Source: Macrostomum lignano (lineage: Eukaryota). Taken from it: a stretch of 64,000 nucleotides of DNA. Where the stretch lies: assembly GCA_002269645.1 (NCBI GenBank), contig NIVC01000371.1, positions 186,001 to 250,000 on the forward strand, given 5' to 3'. The position numbers and the translations under genes were made by a program. Below are positions 12,287 through 24,870 of this stretch, in pieces (the first letter of the stretch is position 1; each line of letters starts with the position of its first letter). The notes under the pieces are model-generated. The model saw only the letters and a list, made by a program, of their open reading frames with translations, was not told the DNA's origin and searched no databases.

Positions 12287-15200
12287 GCAGCATCGGTACT
12301 CCAGCGGCTCGTACCATCAGAATCTTCAACAACCGACTCCACCACCGCAGCTGCAGCCGCCGCAGCCTCGCTTAGGCGTTTTATCAACGTCAATGGCTAA
12401 TGGCAGTTTGTCGCCCGAACCGGGACCAGTTGTTAGAAGCGATGAAACCATAGTCAGATCGCATTATGAGGTAAGCCTCTCATTTGTGTCATGTACAGTG
12501 TGTGTATCATCTGCTTTGCATCACAAAATTTGTGTACAGCTGTAGCGGCGCCGATACTGTAACAGCACCCGTCACTGATATTGTAACAGCACCCGTCACT
12601 GATACTGTAACAGCACCCCGCCACTGGTACTGTAACAGAACCCCGTCACTGATGCTGTAACAGCACCCCGCCACTGGTACTGTAACAGCACCCCGCCACT
12701 GGTACTGTAACAGAACCCCGTCACTGATGCTGTAACAGCACCCTGTCACAGATACTGTAACATCACCCCGTCACAGATGCTGTAACATCACCCCGTCACA
12801 GATGCTGTAACATCACCCCGTCACAGATGCTGTAACAGCACCCGTCACAGATACTGTAACAGCACCCGTCACTGATATTGTAACAGCACCCGTCACTGAT
12901 ACTGTAACAGCACCCGTCACTGTACTGTAACAGTACTGTCCTAATGCTGTACAATTACTGCCACAATGCTGTAAATTGCTGTTCCAATGCTGTAAAAGTA
13001 CCGTCACAATGCTGTCGAATTGCTGTCACAATGCTGTACTCGCACAATCCCAACCCGCATTTATTTGCATCATTCAGCGCCGTCCAAAATCGTCCGGCAC
13101 AACAACCAGCCGTCTGGCCAAAGCCGACAAGCGACTGTCAGCTGCTCCGGTCCTTGTTGCCGAGCGGAACGGCAGCGGCGGCGGCAGCAGCGGCGGCAGC
13201 GTCGGTAGCGGCGGCGGCCACGCCGGCACGAGCGTAGCCAGGCCGGACGTCCTACCCTGGCTGGGCGGCGGCGGGTCCAACGAGCGAATTCGAATCCCCA
13301 GTTCGGCCAGCGTTTCGAAGACCGGCTCGGGCTCGCGCCTGTCCTCCGTGAGCAGCTCGTCGGCTGACAGCGGCGGCTGCAGCAACGGAATCGCGTCGAG
13401 GGAAACTGGTGCGGCCGCTTTGTCGACTCATTCGGCGGCGGCTGCGGCGGCGGCGGCGTCGGCTGCTGCTTCTGGAACGTCGACCGAGCGTCGACCTCGG
13501 CCAGGGTCTGTGCGGCAAGTTCGAATGGACAAGGTTAGTAGGGACTTTCGGGAATCTGGGGACTGAGGACTCGATTTTGGGGACTTCTGGACTGGGGATT
13601 CGATTTTTGGGACTTGAGGACTGGGGATTCGATTGTTGGGATTTTAGGACTTTTGATTCGATTTTTGAGACTTTAGGACGAGGGATTGGATTTTGGGGCT
13701 TTAGAACTGGGTATATTCGATTGTTGGGACTTAAGGACGGGGAATTCAATTGTTGGGATTTATGACTGGGGATTCGATTTTGGGACTCTAGGACTGGGGA
13801 TTCGATTTTCGGGACTCTAGGACTGGGGATTCGATGTTGGGACATAATTGGACTGGGGATTCGATTTTCGGGACTCTAGGACTGGGGATTCGATGTTGGG
13901 ACATAATTGGACTGGGGATTCGATTTTCGGGACTCTAGGACTGGGGATTCGATTTTCGGGACTCTAGGACTGGGGATTCGATGTTGGGACATAATTGGAC
14001 TGGGGATTCGATTTTCGGGACTCTAGGACTGGGGATTCGATGTTGGGACATAATTGGACTGGGGATTAAATGTTTAAGACTTTAGAACTGGAGATTCAAA
14101 ATTTGGGGGATCTGGAGACTGGGGAATTAATTTCAGGAATCTTGTGACCTAGAGTTCGAGTTTTTAGGATCTTCAGACAAGGCATTTGATTTTTGAATAT
14201 TTTGAAGTGATCTGAGACTACAGCTTATTTAACACACGCACACACTGCCAGGGCTCCGAGCCGCTGGGGATTCGCATCCACGCTGGGCAGCAGGGCGGCA
14301 TCTACATCAGCACCGTGCAGCCCGGCAGCCTGGCGGACCGGGCCGGTCTGCTAGCCGGCGATCGGATCCTGGAATTCTGCGGAGTGAACCTGCGCACCGC
14401 CTTCTATCACAATGCCAAGCAGGTGCTGAACGACTGCAGGGAGGAGGTGGCCACCCTGCTGGTGCAGTACTGCCGCGGTGCCGATAACGACACTACGCCT
14501 ACTAATTCGCCGTCTGTTCGACATCAACAGCTCCAGCATCTCCAGCAGCAGCAACCGCAGCAGCCTCATCAGCATCAACAGTCTGACGCTGAAGAGCCCC
14601 GGCTAGTTTGCTTGCAGCCGTCAGCTGCTGGCTTCTCCTTTGTCGGCGGCTCGGAGACCGGCATCCTGGTGTCCGACGTGCCGGCCGAAAGCGCCGGCCA
14701 GGGTCTCCGGCCGGGCGACCTCATCCTGCAGTGCAACGGCGTCGATTTTCGGGGCCTAACAGCGGAATCGGCCAGCCAGGAGCTCGGCAGGGCGGCGGCC
14801 GCCACTGACGAGGAGACGCGGCTGTTGGTGCAGCACCGGCCGGCCAGGCTGGCCGCAATCGGCAGCGCCACCGAGCCGGACGCCCTGTTTGTCCGGCCGA
14901 ATTTCTCCCAACTGCCGGCAGTCGGAGGCGTCGTTGACGGCGATGAGCAGCAGCCGCCGCCGGAGCCGCTGCTGGCCTTTCGACGGCACGACCTGCTGCT
15001 AGTGACGGACACGCGTCCGGCTGGCCGGCCGGCCGGCTGGTGGTTCGCTTGGTTGCTGGACGGCGCCGGACAACGAGTTCGCAGCGGCTTCATGCCGTCG
15101 CCTAGGCGACTGCAGCAGCAGCAGCAGCAGCAGCAACAGTTGGCGCTGATGCAGAACCCAGCTGCCGGCGGTCTGGGCAGCCGCTCCGTCAGCCTGCGAC

Positions 15201-18042
15201 GCTCGGCTGGAAAACGCGGCGGCACCTCCTCCTCGTCGTCGTCGTCGGCTTCGGCGTCGGCTTCGGCTTCGGCGTCCACGGCCGACTATCTGCATCCGCA
15301 CCTGCGCCTACCGCTGCCTGCCTACTCCAGGGCCGAGCTGGTGCCCGATCCCGGCCGGGCCGGGCCCCGTCCTGTGGCCATTCTCGGCCCGCTGTCCGAA
15401 GCCCTCGGCCGGGCTCTGTGCGCCGAGCGTTCGGATTTATTTTATCCTCTGGGGCCGCTGCCGCTAGACCGGGTGGCCGGGGCCTGCGCCGGGGACTCCG
15501 CTAAGCATGGACTGCTTCAGCTGGCATCTGGACCGGCCCAGGTTGATCAGCTGCACCGACTGCACAGGGTCTATCCTATTGTACTGCTGCTCCGGTATCG
15601 CAGTCACAAGCTGGTTAAAGAGGCCAGGGATCCGCGCTACTGTCCGGAGAAATTTCCTAGCCGCGTGGCTAAAGATATGGTTGCTAAGGCTGCTCAACTG
15701 GAGGAAGAACTGCAGCCTGTGCTCACTGGTGAGCAGTGATGCGCAATAGTTTTTGTTTTTTGGACTGTGAATGTGAAATTATCTCGAATGTGAATTGTGT
15801 TTCACTCCTTAGTTCTTCCGAAATCTTTCTAAACCTTTCTTGTGGGTTCATTTCCTCGGCAGTATAGCTAAAGGGGATTCTAGTAGGATAATTCCCTTCC
15901 TAGTTCAGCTAGCTAACCAAATTCGCGCAGGATAATTCCCTCCGCAATATAGTCTGGATAATTCTCGTAGGATAATTCCCTCCGTAGTATATCTGATGGG
16001 ATTCTCGCGGGATAATTTCCTCCGTAGTATATCTTGGGGGAATTACTCTCGGAAATTCTTGTCCAATTTTTGGACTTTCTGCTTCTCTGCATCATTCGAC
16101 GAAAGCAGAAAATGTTGGGCCGCCTCCGTCTCTCATTTATACTCTCTGTTGCTGCTGTCCCAACTCCCTCAACGCCGATCCCATCAACCTTTCTTATGCA
16201 TGTGTAGGGCTATTGGCTTCCCTAGATACGGACGCTTGCCTAAACGGTAGTGGAGTGGCGCTCATACTTTTTTGCCTACAGAACGAGCCAGAGAGAGAGA
16301 GAGAAAGAGATGCTGGAGATGATGAGGGACTTCACGCCCACTTGAGACTTGGGACCTGCCTCGCCTCCACTTTCCTCAATACATGCGCTGTGATTGAAAA
16401 TGGCGTCATGTCTTGGTATTCTTGGAATTAATATAAATAGAAACTATTATTGAAATTATTAGGACAAAAAATCTTACCATTCTGACTGCGCCGCCAACTC
16501 TCATTGGGGATTCCAAGAATCATAAAAATCACTAGCGGAATTCACCCCCCCTAAGTCCTTATTTCCGCTCTCAAATCGTCATATAAAAATGGAAGTGCAC
16601 AGCGTACTTTTCTCTTTAACACGCCAAACTAACGGAATAGTAATGGATGGGGGCCGTAGCCCAGTGGTCTAGGGCGGCGCTCTGATGTGCCAGCGGCCCA
16701 GGCTCGATTCCCAGTGCAGTCGCATTAATTTGTAGCTAAATTGGAATCTCGGCTTGGCTCTGCTCGTGCAATTAACACCCTTGAGGGCCAACCCCCAAGG
16801 CACTGTGAAGTGTACATGCCTAATTAATGATAATAAAGTTAGGGCCGCTGTACACTCCTGTGTGAGTGTGTGCTTGTGCGTGTGACTGCGTACGTATCCG
16901 CGCTTGTGTGCCTGCTCAGGGGAGTCGGCGGAATAATGCGTTTCGCAGGTTGTGCGACAATGTCGCTTAAAGTGCGCCAGGGAGCACACAGCACCAGTGT
17001 TGGGCAAGTTACTCAAAAAAGTAACTTGCGTTACTGTAACTTAAGTTACCAATTTTTAAAAGGTAACTTACGTTAGCCTAGTAACTTTAGACAAAAATCT
17101 GGTAACTTTTAAGTTACTGTCCGTTACTCACTTCCGTTACCCATGTTATTAACAAAATTTTCAGCTTTTTTTCACATTGCACATTTTTTCACATTGTTGT
17201 TACCGAAATTTTCCATTGGGCATTGGGATTAACCGATTAACAGACAGAGACAGGAATTGGCGACACGATGTGAGGCAAGTAGAAGGACCAATGGGCAATG
17301 GCAATCAATAATTAAAATTATAAATGATAAAATAAACGAATATCAATAATTCAATAGAGTAAAATAAATAGAACTGTATAAAATGGTGTAGTGTACTGCA
17401 GTGCCAGTGGAGGGACTTGTGGAGGCTACAGATGAATTTCTTTCTTTGGTTGTTTGTTTGAATCAAACTTGAAAATTTTTAGTAACGAAAATGAAAGGCG
17501 ACAATATTTTACCGAAATTAACAAAGTAAAACATGTTTCAAGTATTTCTTCATTAATTAAACGCAATACCATATGATACTATTCACTTAATTTTGAATTT
17601 AGGAATGAAAAATGCAAAAACATGTGACAACCGGCGTAATAGCTAAGCATTTCAGTTTTAAATTTAAATATTGCGATTGTTGCAAAGTAACTGTAACGGA
17701 CTTCTGAAATTTGAGTAACTTACCGTTACTCCGTTACTAAAATAAAAAAGTAACTTGCGTAAGGAACGCTTTACGAAAAAGTAACTTGCGTTACCATTTG
17801 CAAGTTACTCGGTAACGGAAGTGCCCAACACTGCACAGCACCCTGTCTCTAATAAAATACTTAAGGAAATTCATTAAATTAACGAAACAAATATTTAAAT
17901 TCACGCCCACTCCCCACCTTTCAATTCTGCAGCGTGCATCCAAGGCGGCGCTTTCGCATTCATGTGCTCCCAGGTGGTCAGCGTAGTCAGCCGCGATCAG
18001 AACTGCCCAGTGTGGATCAACGCAGAGCCTATTGTTCCTTAA
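8463..18042 (+). CDS. DLG5: Discs large homolog 5 (MAGUK: coiled-coil, 4 PDZ, SH3, GUK), 5'-partial
   Basis: Exons 8463-8995, 9493-10101, 11040-12470, 13078-13533, 14252-15728 and 17933-18042, all GT-AG with matching phases. Motifs: coiled-coil ERADVHEEI; PDZ1 GFQVTGG...GKLRVNDQI; RRPKS; PDZ3 KGSEPLGIRI...GGIYISTV...GDRILEFCGVNLR; GUK RPVAILGPL and YPIVLLLRYRSHKLVKEARDP; C-terminus IQGGAFAFMCSQVVSVVSRDQNCPVWI. The first exon is in phase 1 with no upstream ATG. Confidence 0.92.
10220..10975. repeat. 28-bp intronic minisatellite (CCAGCCTCCCAGATCCTCAGTTGCTGGG)n
   Basis: Direct; fills most of DLG5 intron 10102-11039. Confidence 0.95.
12550..12935. repeat. ~24-bp intronic minisatellite (GATACTGTAACAGCACCCGTCACT)n
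   Basis: Direct; lies in DLG5 intron 12471-13077. Confidence 0.9.
13555..14095. repeat. 29/30-bp intronic minisatellite (GGACTGGGGATTCGAT...)n
   Basis: Direct; lies in DLG5 intron 13534-14251. Confidence 0.9.
16650..16730 (+). mobile_element. tRNA-derived SINE head
   Basis: GGGGCCGTAGCCCAGTGG (A box) ... GGCTCGATTCCC (B box), followed by AGTCGCATTAATTT. There is no clean cloverleaf acceptor stem. Confidence 0.55.
16995..17833. mobile_element. Non-autonomous hAT DNA transposon
   Basis: TIRs CAGTGTTGGGCA and TGCCCAACACTG; 8-bp TSD CACAGCAC at 16987-16994 and 17834-17841; many subterminal GTAAC/GTTAC repeats; no ORF. Confidence 0.9.
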
Positions 18043-18639
18043 TTCTTGTTGGATTTTGCTTAATAATTTAACTACAAAATAGTTGTCACAAATTTTTGCC
18101 AGCTTGTTTTTATATACAGTAGGCACATTTGCTATTCTTACTACTCATTGCGTTTCTGAAAGTAGTCTGTTACGCATCTATTAGCGTGTTGTTCAGTTGT
18201 GATAGATTTGATTGCAAATAAATGCACTTCCTAAGATACTCATTCCCCATTTTGTAATCAAACTAAATTAATATATTGTCTATGTATGCCTACTACTGTC
18301 ACTGTTTGCGAGTAGTATGTATGGTGTAGTGTCTGTGTTTTTTGCAAACCTGTTCATTGTCTGCCTATCGATATGTCTCATTAACTTTGTCGTCATTCAC
18401 CTGTATAAATATACTTTGCAATACGAGTTAGCTAGGAATATTTTTGTTTAGGGACCAGCATATTGTTGTTTGAATTCGGTCTGTCTTGAGTACAAATTAA
18501 TGAGCAGAATTCAATGTTGAATAGTCTCACAATTGAAGGCAATCATAATTGAAGATCGTCTATCCACTCTGTAATTAGCTAGGATCTGAGATTCCCGCCT
18601 ATCAACTTATTTTACCGGTATACTATGCCTTTACAATTG

Positions 18640-19020
18640 CCAATAATTCCCGCCATTCCCTGTTCCCCAGATTCCGAATCCCACATTGTCGGATCCGGAT
18701 ATCCCGATTCCCAAAATCCTCACTCCCTATTTTCCGAATCCTCATTTCCCAATTCCCCTTTTCCCACGTCCCCATTTCCCATTTTCCAATTCCCCATTTC
18801 CCGATTCTTAATTTTCCCATTCCCCATTACCAATCTCCATTCCCGATTCCCCAATCCTCAGTTCTCAATTCCCCATTCCTCATTTCCCAATTCCCAATTC
18901 TTTTTTCCAATTCCCCATCTCCTAATTCCCCATCTCCCGATTCCCCATTTCCCAATTTACCATTTCCCAATTCCCAATCTCCCAAATCCCCATTTTCCAA
19001 TTCCCCATTTCCCGACGGTA
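18640..19020. repeat. Low-complexity (ATTCCC)-type repeat
   Basis: Direct. Confidence 0.85.
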
Positions 19021-19669
19021 ATTTCAATTCTTCAAGTCTGCATTGCCTGATTAGTAACAGGCTCAAGTGACCCATCCTATTATGGTGCATTCAGTGATAC
19101 TATGATTCCCTGTAAAAAGCATTGTTTAAATAAGAGTTACTGTGTCACAAGTGCTAAAAAATATATGATATGAAGCTACTGATAAGTAGTATAAATCATA
19201 CTCTATTCACTATCAGATGAGCAAAGCAATAAAATACTTTTAAAGCCGCTTCGCTGATGCTTGCTAGATTAATATTTCTATCCTGTAACTCTTAGATGAT
19301 TAATTTATATTTAACACCAGAAAACGCATATCATACTACTAACTGTCCCAGACACCAGTAGCATATTTATCGCCAACAGAGTTTTCTCCACATTCCAGTT
19401 TTTAAGCTCCTTTTTGTTTTCTAATTGGACACAACGTTGCTTCATGGTATCGTGTACACATTGCTAGTGATATATTGTCACCTTCCTGTGGTACTTTTAG
19501 TAGCTTTTGCGTATATTTTGCGCCTGAAATCATATCATTTCTTTGTCTAAGAATTATTTATTTTAATAATAAAAGTTGTTCCACTTTATTTAGCTCTTAC
19601 TGCTACTAATAAGTAGTGCTTGAATGCGTCTGTTTAATTATTGGTTAGTAAAACTGCGTATTTAGCTTC

Positions 19670-20070
19670 AGAGCACAGATGTAAAATAACTAGATGGGCC
19701 ACTCAGGCATTTATACTTAGTTAAACAGCTTTCTACTTTCAGTTCAGTAGCAACGAAGAATAAAAAAGCTATTTTATAAAAATAAAGACAGCTGAAATGA
19801 CTTTGATAAGTTTAGAAGCCAAAGCTTGCACTTGCTAATTGGTTCAGCAATAATGTACATTAGCCAGTCCACTGAAATGTACATGGCAGCTTTAGGCTGG
19901 AATTCCGAGAAAGGCAATAAAAATTGGGGGGCGGGGGTAAGAGCGAATAGATGAGCCTTGGCTTTAAAAATACACTAAAACGCTTCAGTTTAACTTACTA
20001 CTGAACTGAAAGTAGCTTGCACGCAAATGTGCTGAGTGGCCCATCTAGTTATTCTAAGTATCTGTGCTTT
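19670..20070. mobile_element. MITE-like element with imperfect ~80-bp inverted arms
   Basis: AGCACAGAT..AATAACTAGATGGGCCACTCAG..CTACTTTCAGTTCAGTAG (19670-19752) is inverted at 19996-20070. Confidence 0.6.
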
Positions 20071-20765
20071 AGAGTTAAGACTATCAGATATTGACGAGTC
20101 GTAAATCCTCCCACACCTGGCAGCGCTGACGGCAATTCTGCCCATTCCGCTGACTGCTGAGCACATTGAAGCGTGCCAATACTGTACGCAGGTGCGCACT
20201 CGTACACGCGCTCACACAGCCTTGGGGGGTTGGCTTTTCATGGCTGTGAATCGCAGGACAACCCCACGGCTAATTTTCCAGCTGCTCTGCGCCAAGCTGT
20301 ATGGGTTAGGGCGGCACGTTAGCATAGAGAGGAATTCAAAGCCGATAATTCTACTGCTAATTCTATTATTGCCATATGATATCTAGTGCCCTAGTGCTCA
20401 CAGTTCTTTCCTTTGCATTCAGCGTCTGTGTTTCGGTCAATGGTGTCGCGTTCCTTTATTGTTGCACCATATTTTTGCTTTGTCGGCTTTTATTGGCTGT
20501 TTTGTGTGCGTGTTTTTTGTCAGCTTTCTTTAACTAAGTGGCTTTTAAAGACTTTTCACGTATCCGTATAAAATATATGGCCCAGTCTAATAGAGAATGC
20601 GCTAGTGATTGCCTTCCGCTGATCACGGACTCTTAAGGTGGACTTATTTTTTTTATAATTAAAATAGTCTTTTAAGTACTCGTAGTTTACCAACAGTTTT
20701 TATTATAAATCTAGCAGCACTAGGAACAGTCCAAAGATCATATATAAGATCTATGGAACAGTCTA

Positions 20766-21295
<530 letters not shown>

Positions 21296-21491
21296 ATGTC
21301 TTAGTGACACGTAGCTTGTTTATCGTTAGTAGTTTTGATCGCGCCTTACTTGTACACTTCAAATAAGTTCCTGGGGTATTTATTGATTTTATATAGTTTC
21401 AATATTCTCGTACATGAGGTCGCAGTTAGTTAATCAGCATTGTCACTGGATATTTGAATGTGACTGGTGTCTAATATTCCCAATGAAACAG

Positions 21492-22941
21492 ATGACATCT
21501 TCAGCCAACCTGGACAGCCCCTACCTGGCAGTGATTGACACCTGCCAGCAGGGAAACGCGCCATCCGGCAGCTACCTGGAGAACACCATTGGCGGCCGCC
21601 TACGCCTGCCCAGACGTCTGGCCGCCCGGTTCAACGCGTCAACGGTGGCCACCTGCGGCCGGTGCGGCCAGCCGATGTTCAATCTGATGCAGCTGAGCTG
21701 CCCGCTGTTCGGCCTGAGCTCGCACCGGCTGTTGTACTTTTTGATTTGCTCGAATAGCGCCTGTCTGTCTGATGGCGCTTCGCCTTTGCGCTGTCTGAGA
21801 GTTCAGTTTGCCTTGGACATCGGCGAACCGCAGAGGTGAGTTGCCAATGGAATTTGAGTAATGTTCTGTGCATGAGAGCAAGTTGAATAGATTTTTCATG
21901 TGTCTCATTGTACGTCAAATTTATATTATGTCATCAAACAAAATCATTTGCATCAAATATATACACAGAAAGACAAAGACACTGAGACAGACATTACATA
22001 TATTTGATGTACATTATGCTTTGGATGTACATGGTGCATTCAATATACATGATACATGAAACATTATGTAGATCAAAGGCATCATGTACATCGAATGTAT
22101 CCTGTACATCCTGTATATTATGTACATCAAATGTATCATGTACATCAAGTAGATCATGTACATCAAACAAATCTGTCCATGGCGCATCCACCTGCAGGTC
22201 GAGTTCAACTAATCTGACTTCGGCCAATGCTACTGCAGCAGCTGCCCCATCAGCTGGCTACACCGATTGGGGCGGCGACGAGGCCGACGATTGGGGCAAC
22301 GGAGAAACGACAGATGCCGCAGTCGATGAACTGCAACCACCGGCAATGGAGATGGAAGAATTGGAAGCTGAAGCAGCTGATGAAGCAGCCGAGACGCTGG
22401 AACTAATCGAGCTGGCATCCCTGGACAGTCCATGCCGCCGTCTGGCCGTATTTGATGAGGCCGAGCTTGCCGCAACGGGCCAGCCGATGTCGGAATCTGG
22501 CAGCTCCAGTCAGTCATTTGCTGTTGTCGGTAACGGCGACAGTAGCGTTGTTGCAGACGACAACGGCGAGGACGAGCAAGGCCAGGCGCTCACCCGACTG
22601 GAGCAGAAGTTCTACGATCGGCTGGCCCGGTGCCCCGGCCAGCTGCTGCGCTACCAATGGTCCGGTCGGCCTCTGCTGGTTGCTCCATGGATCCTGCTGC
22701 CGTGTCCGACTGCCGGCTGTGCGGCGCCGCCAGATGCTTTGAGTTGCAGCTGATGCCCGGCCTGCTGACTGCTCTGCCGAGCTGCATAGCTGAGCATCTG
22801 GATCTGGCCACCGCTCTGGTGTACACCTGCTCAGCTGCCTGCGAGCCGCCTGCTGGCGAGGATCGCGGGTTTGCGGAGGAGACTATACTGATTCAACGGG
22901 AACTGCCTCCGACTGGGCGGCCGGGTGTGACTTGCGATTAG
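21492..22941 (+). CDS. PDCD2L: Programmed cell death protein 2-like (uS5 chaperone family), with a 1-nt frameshift near 22685
   Basis: Exons 21492-21835 and 22198-22941. N-terminal IGG..CGRCGQPMFNLMQLSCPL..HRLLYFLICSNSAC, an acidic linker, then LLRYQWSGRPL, and in the -1 frame CRLCGAARCFELQLMP..LATALVYTCSAAC..EETILIQ. These match the PDCD2_C domain. Confidence 0.85.
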
Positions 22942-23499
22942 AACCAAAATGAAAATCTGCCGATAATTAAGCCAATAATTGTGTGTAATTTCCATTTCTG
23001 ATGCGATTAAGTCATAAAAATACTGCGCAACTATGTGCGTTACAGGCTACTGTCTCGTGAATATTCACAAGTAGCCAAGTAGCGAATTTTTCATACTTGA
23101 AATTAATTAAGTACTCGTAGTCTTTTTTCTGTCTTAATTTTCGGTTTGAAAGCCACTACTTGGCTACTCTCTTTTTATTCACCAAAATAGCAGTCTATAA
23201 TGCGCATGTGCTGTACACCCTGTGTGAGCGTGTGCGTACTCTGAGGAACGGGCACGTCTGCTTGCATCCTGATCAGACAGGAGCCGCATGCACAGCTATT
23301 GTTACGCTGTTAACTACTAATCACGTGTGCCTCTTATAAGCATTTGTGCTGAAAAAATGTATAAAATATGAATAAGAAAATATGGTTTACTTGCTTTTTG
23401 ACTTATGTTTATTTATACATAACGATTTCTGTAACAAAAAAGTACAGAAAATAAAATGGGTTCTTTATATTTTATAGTGTAAGCATTAACCCTTGGCTT

Positions 23500-23985
23500 G
23501 ATAGCTTCCTTAGTAACGATCTTTTTGTTTCATGACTTCCTTAGCAACGGGCTCTAGCTTCAGGGCTTCCTTAACAACCGGCTTTAAGCTTCATGGATTC
23601 ATTAGCAACGGGTTTTAAGCTTCATGGCTTCCTTAGCAACGGGTTTTAAGCTTCATGGCTTCCTTTGCAACGGGCTCTATCTTCAGGGCTTCCCTAGCAA
23701 CTGGCTTTAAGCTTCATGGCTTCATTAGCAACGGGTTTTAAGCTTCATGGCTTCCTTTGCAACGGACTTTAAGCTTCATGGCTTCCTTAGCAACGGGTTT
23801 TAAGCTTCATCGCTTCCTTAGCAACGGGTTTTAAGCTTCGTGGCTTCCTTAGCAACGGGTTTTAAGCTTAATGGCTTCCTTAGCAACGGGTTTTAAGCTT
23901 CATGGCTTCCTTAGCAACGGGTTTTAAGCTTCATGGCTTCCTTTGCAACGGACTCTAAGCTTCATGGCTTTCTTATCAACAGGCT
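23500..23985. repeat. 31-bp minisatellite (GGGTTTTAAGCTTCATGGCTTCCTTAGCAAC)n
   Basis: Direct; followed by (CTAT)n at 23987-24160. Confidence 0.93.
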
Positions 23986-24152
<167 letters not shown>

Positions 24153-24184
24153 CCTATCTATTTAAGTCCATCCTTTCTATACAG

Positions 24185-24607
24185 GGAAAGTTTTTTAAGT
24201 CACAACCAATCTGTCAATTCAATCATGACATGACAGGCCACGCCGATGGCTGCTGGGGCCACGGCAGCTGGGAAGGCACTGATGACAATCAACATGAGCA
24301 GAGTAATTATAAAGAGGAACAGCAGCAGCAGCAGCAGCCTGAAGGAGTCAATCCGCGGCCACCTCAGCGCGTGTACCGTCAAAACCGCATGGGCCGCCTG
24401 CTGACCCAGTCGCAACAGCGGCTGCGATCTGTGCAATCGAGAAAACGCCACAGCTTCAGCTCCGACAATGACGCAGCAGAAGTCGGCGTGGACGTCTGTA
24501 ACGGGAAGCGGGTCCGACTAACGGAGCTGCATTGTCATCAGCATACTACTAATAGTAGCCCTGCTGTTGCTACGGAAACTGAGAACGCGAAACTGAAGTC
24601 TTCGTAG
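24185..24607 (+). CDS. Orphan terminal exon / small unknown protein (140 codons, polyQ, basic NLS-like motifs)
   Basis: Acceptor TCCTTTCTATACAG at 24171-24184, then an open GC-rich frame GKFFKSQ...QQQQQQ...RKRHSFSSD...GKRVRL to TAG at 24605-24607, and AATAAA at 24645-24650. No homolog recognised. Confidence 0.5.
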   Translation, partial: GKFFKSQPICQFNHDMTGHADGCWGHGSWEGTDDNQHEQSNYKEEQQQQQQPEGVNPRPPQRVYRQNRMGRLLTQSQQRLRSVQSRKRHSFSSDNDAAEVGVDVCNGKRVRLTELHCHQHTTNSSPAVATETENAKLKSS

Positions 24608-24870
24608 CTATGGTAACGGTATTTTGTAACTAGCTAAATTTTTCAATAAACTTAATTATGAGAGCAAATTCAGCTGGAGTAGAGCTGGCAGAAAAATATT
24701 TTCTTTGAATTACGAGTAATTTTGTTTGCTGCATTCGAAATTCCACTAAATTCGTGCGTTTTATTAAAGCAATTATGGACTGGACTTTTTATATAAAAAT
24801 TTTATCTAAGCATTTTTTATCATTATTGCTGTAATTATCAGGTACAAGGTTTGCCTGTCGCGTATGGGGA

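Noticed and set aside
16650-16730. Possible tRNA gene
   Set aside because: The acceptor and anticodon stems do not pair properly and there is no terminator T-run at the expected place. It is better explained as a SINE head.
20124-20560. Possible small spliced + strand gene with 90-nt and 82-nt introns and a 23-nt exon
   Set aside because: No start codon or compatible upstream exon, weak donors and no recognisable product. Not supportable without transcript data.
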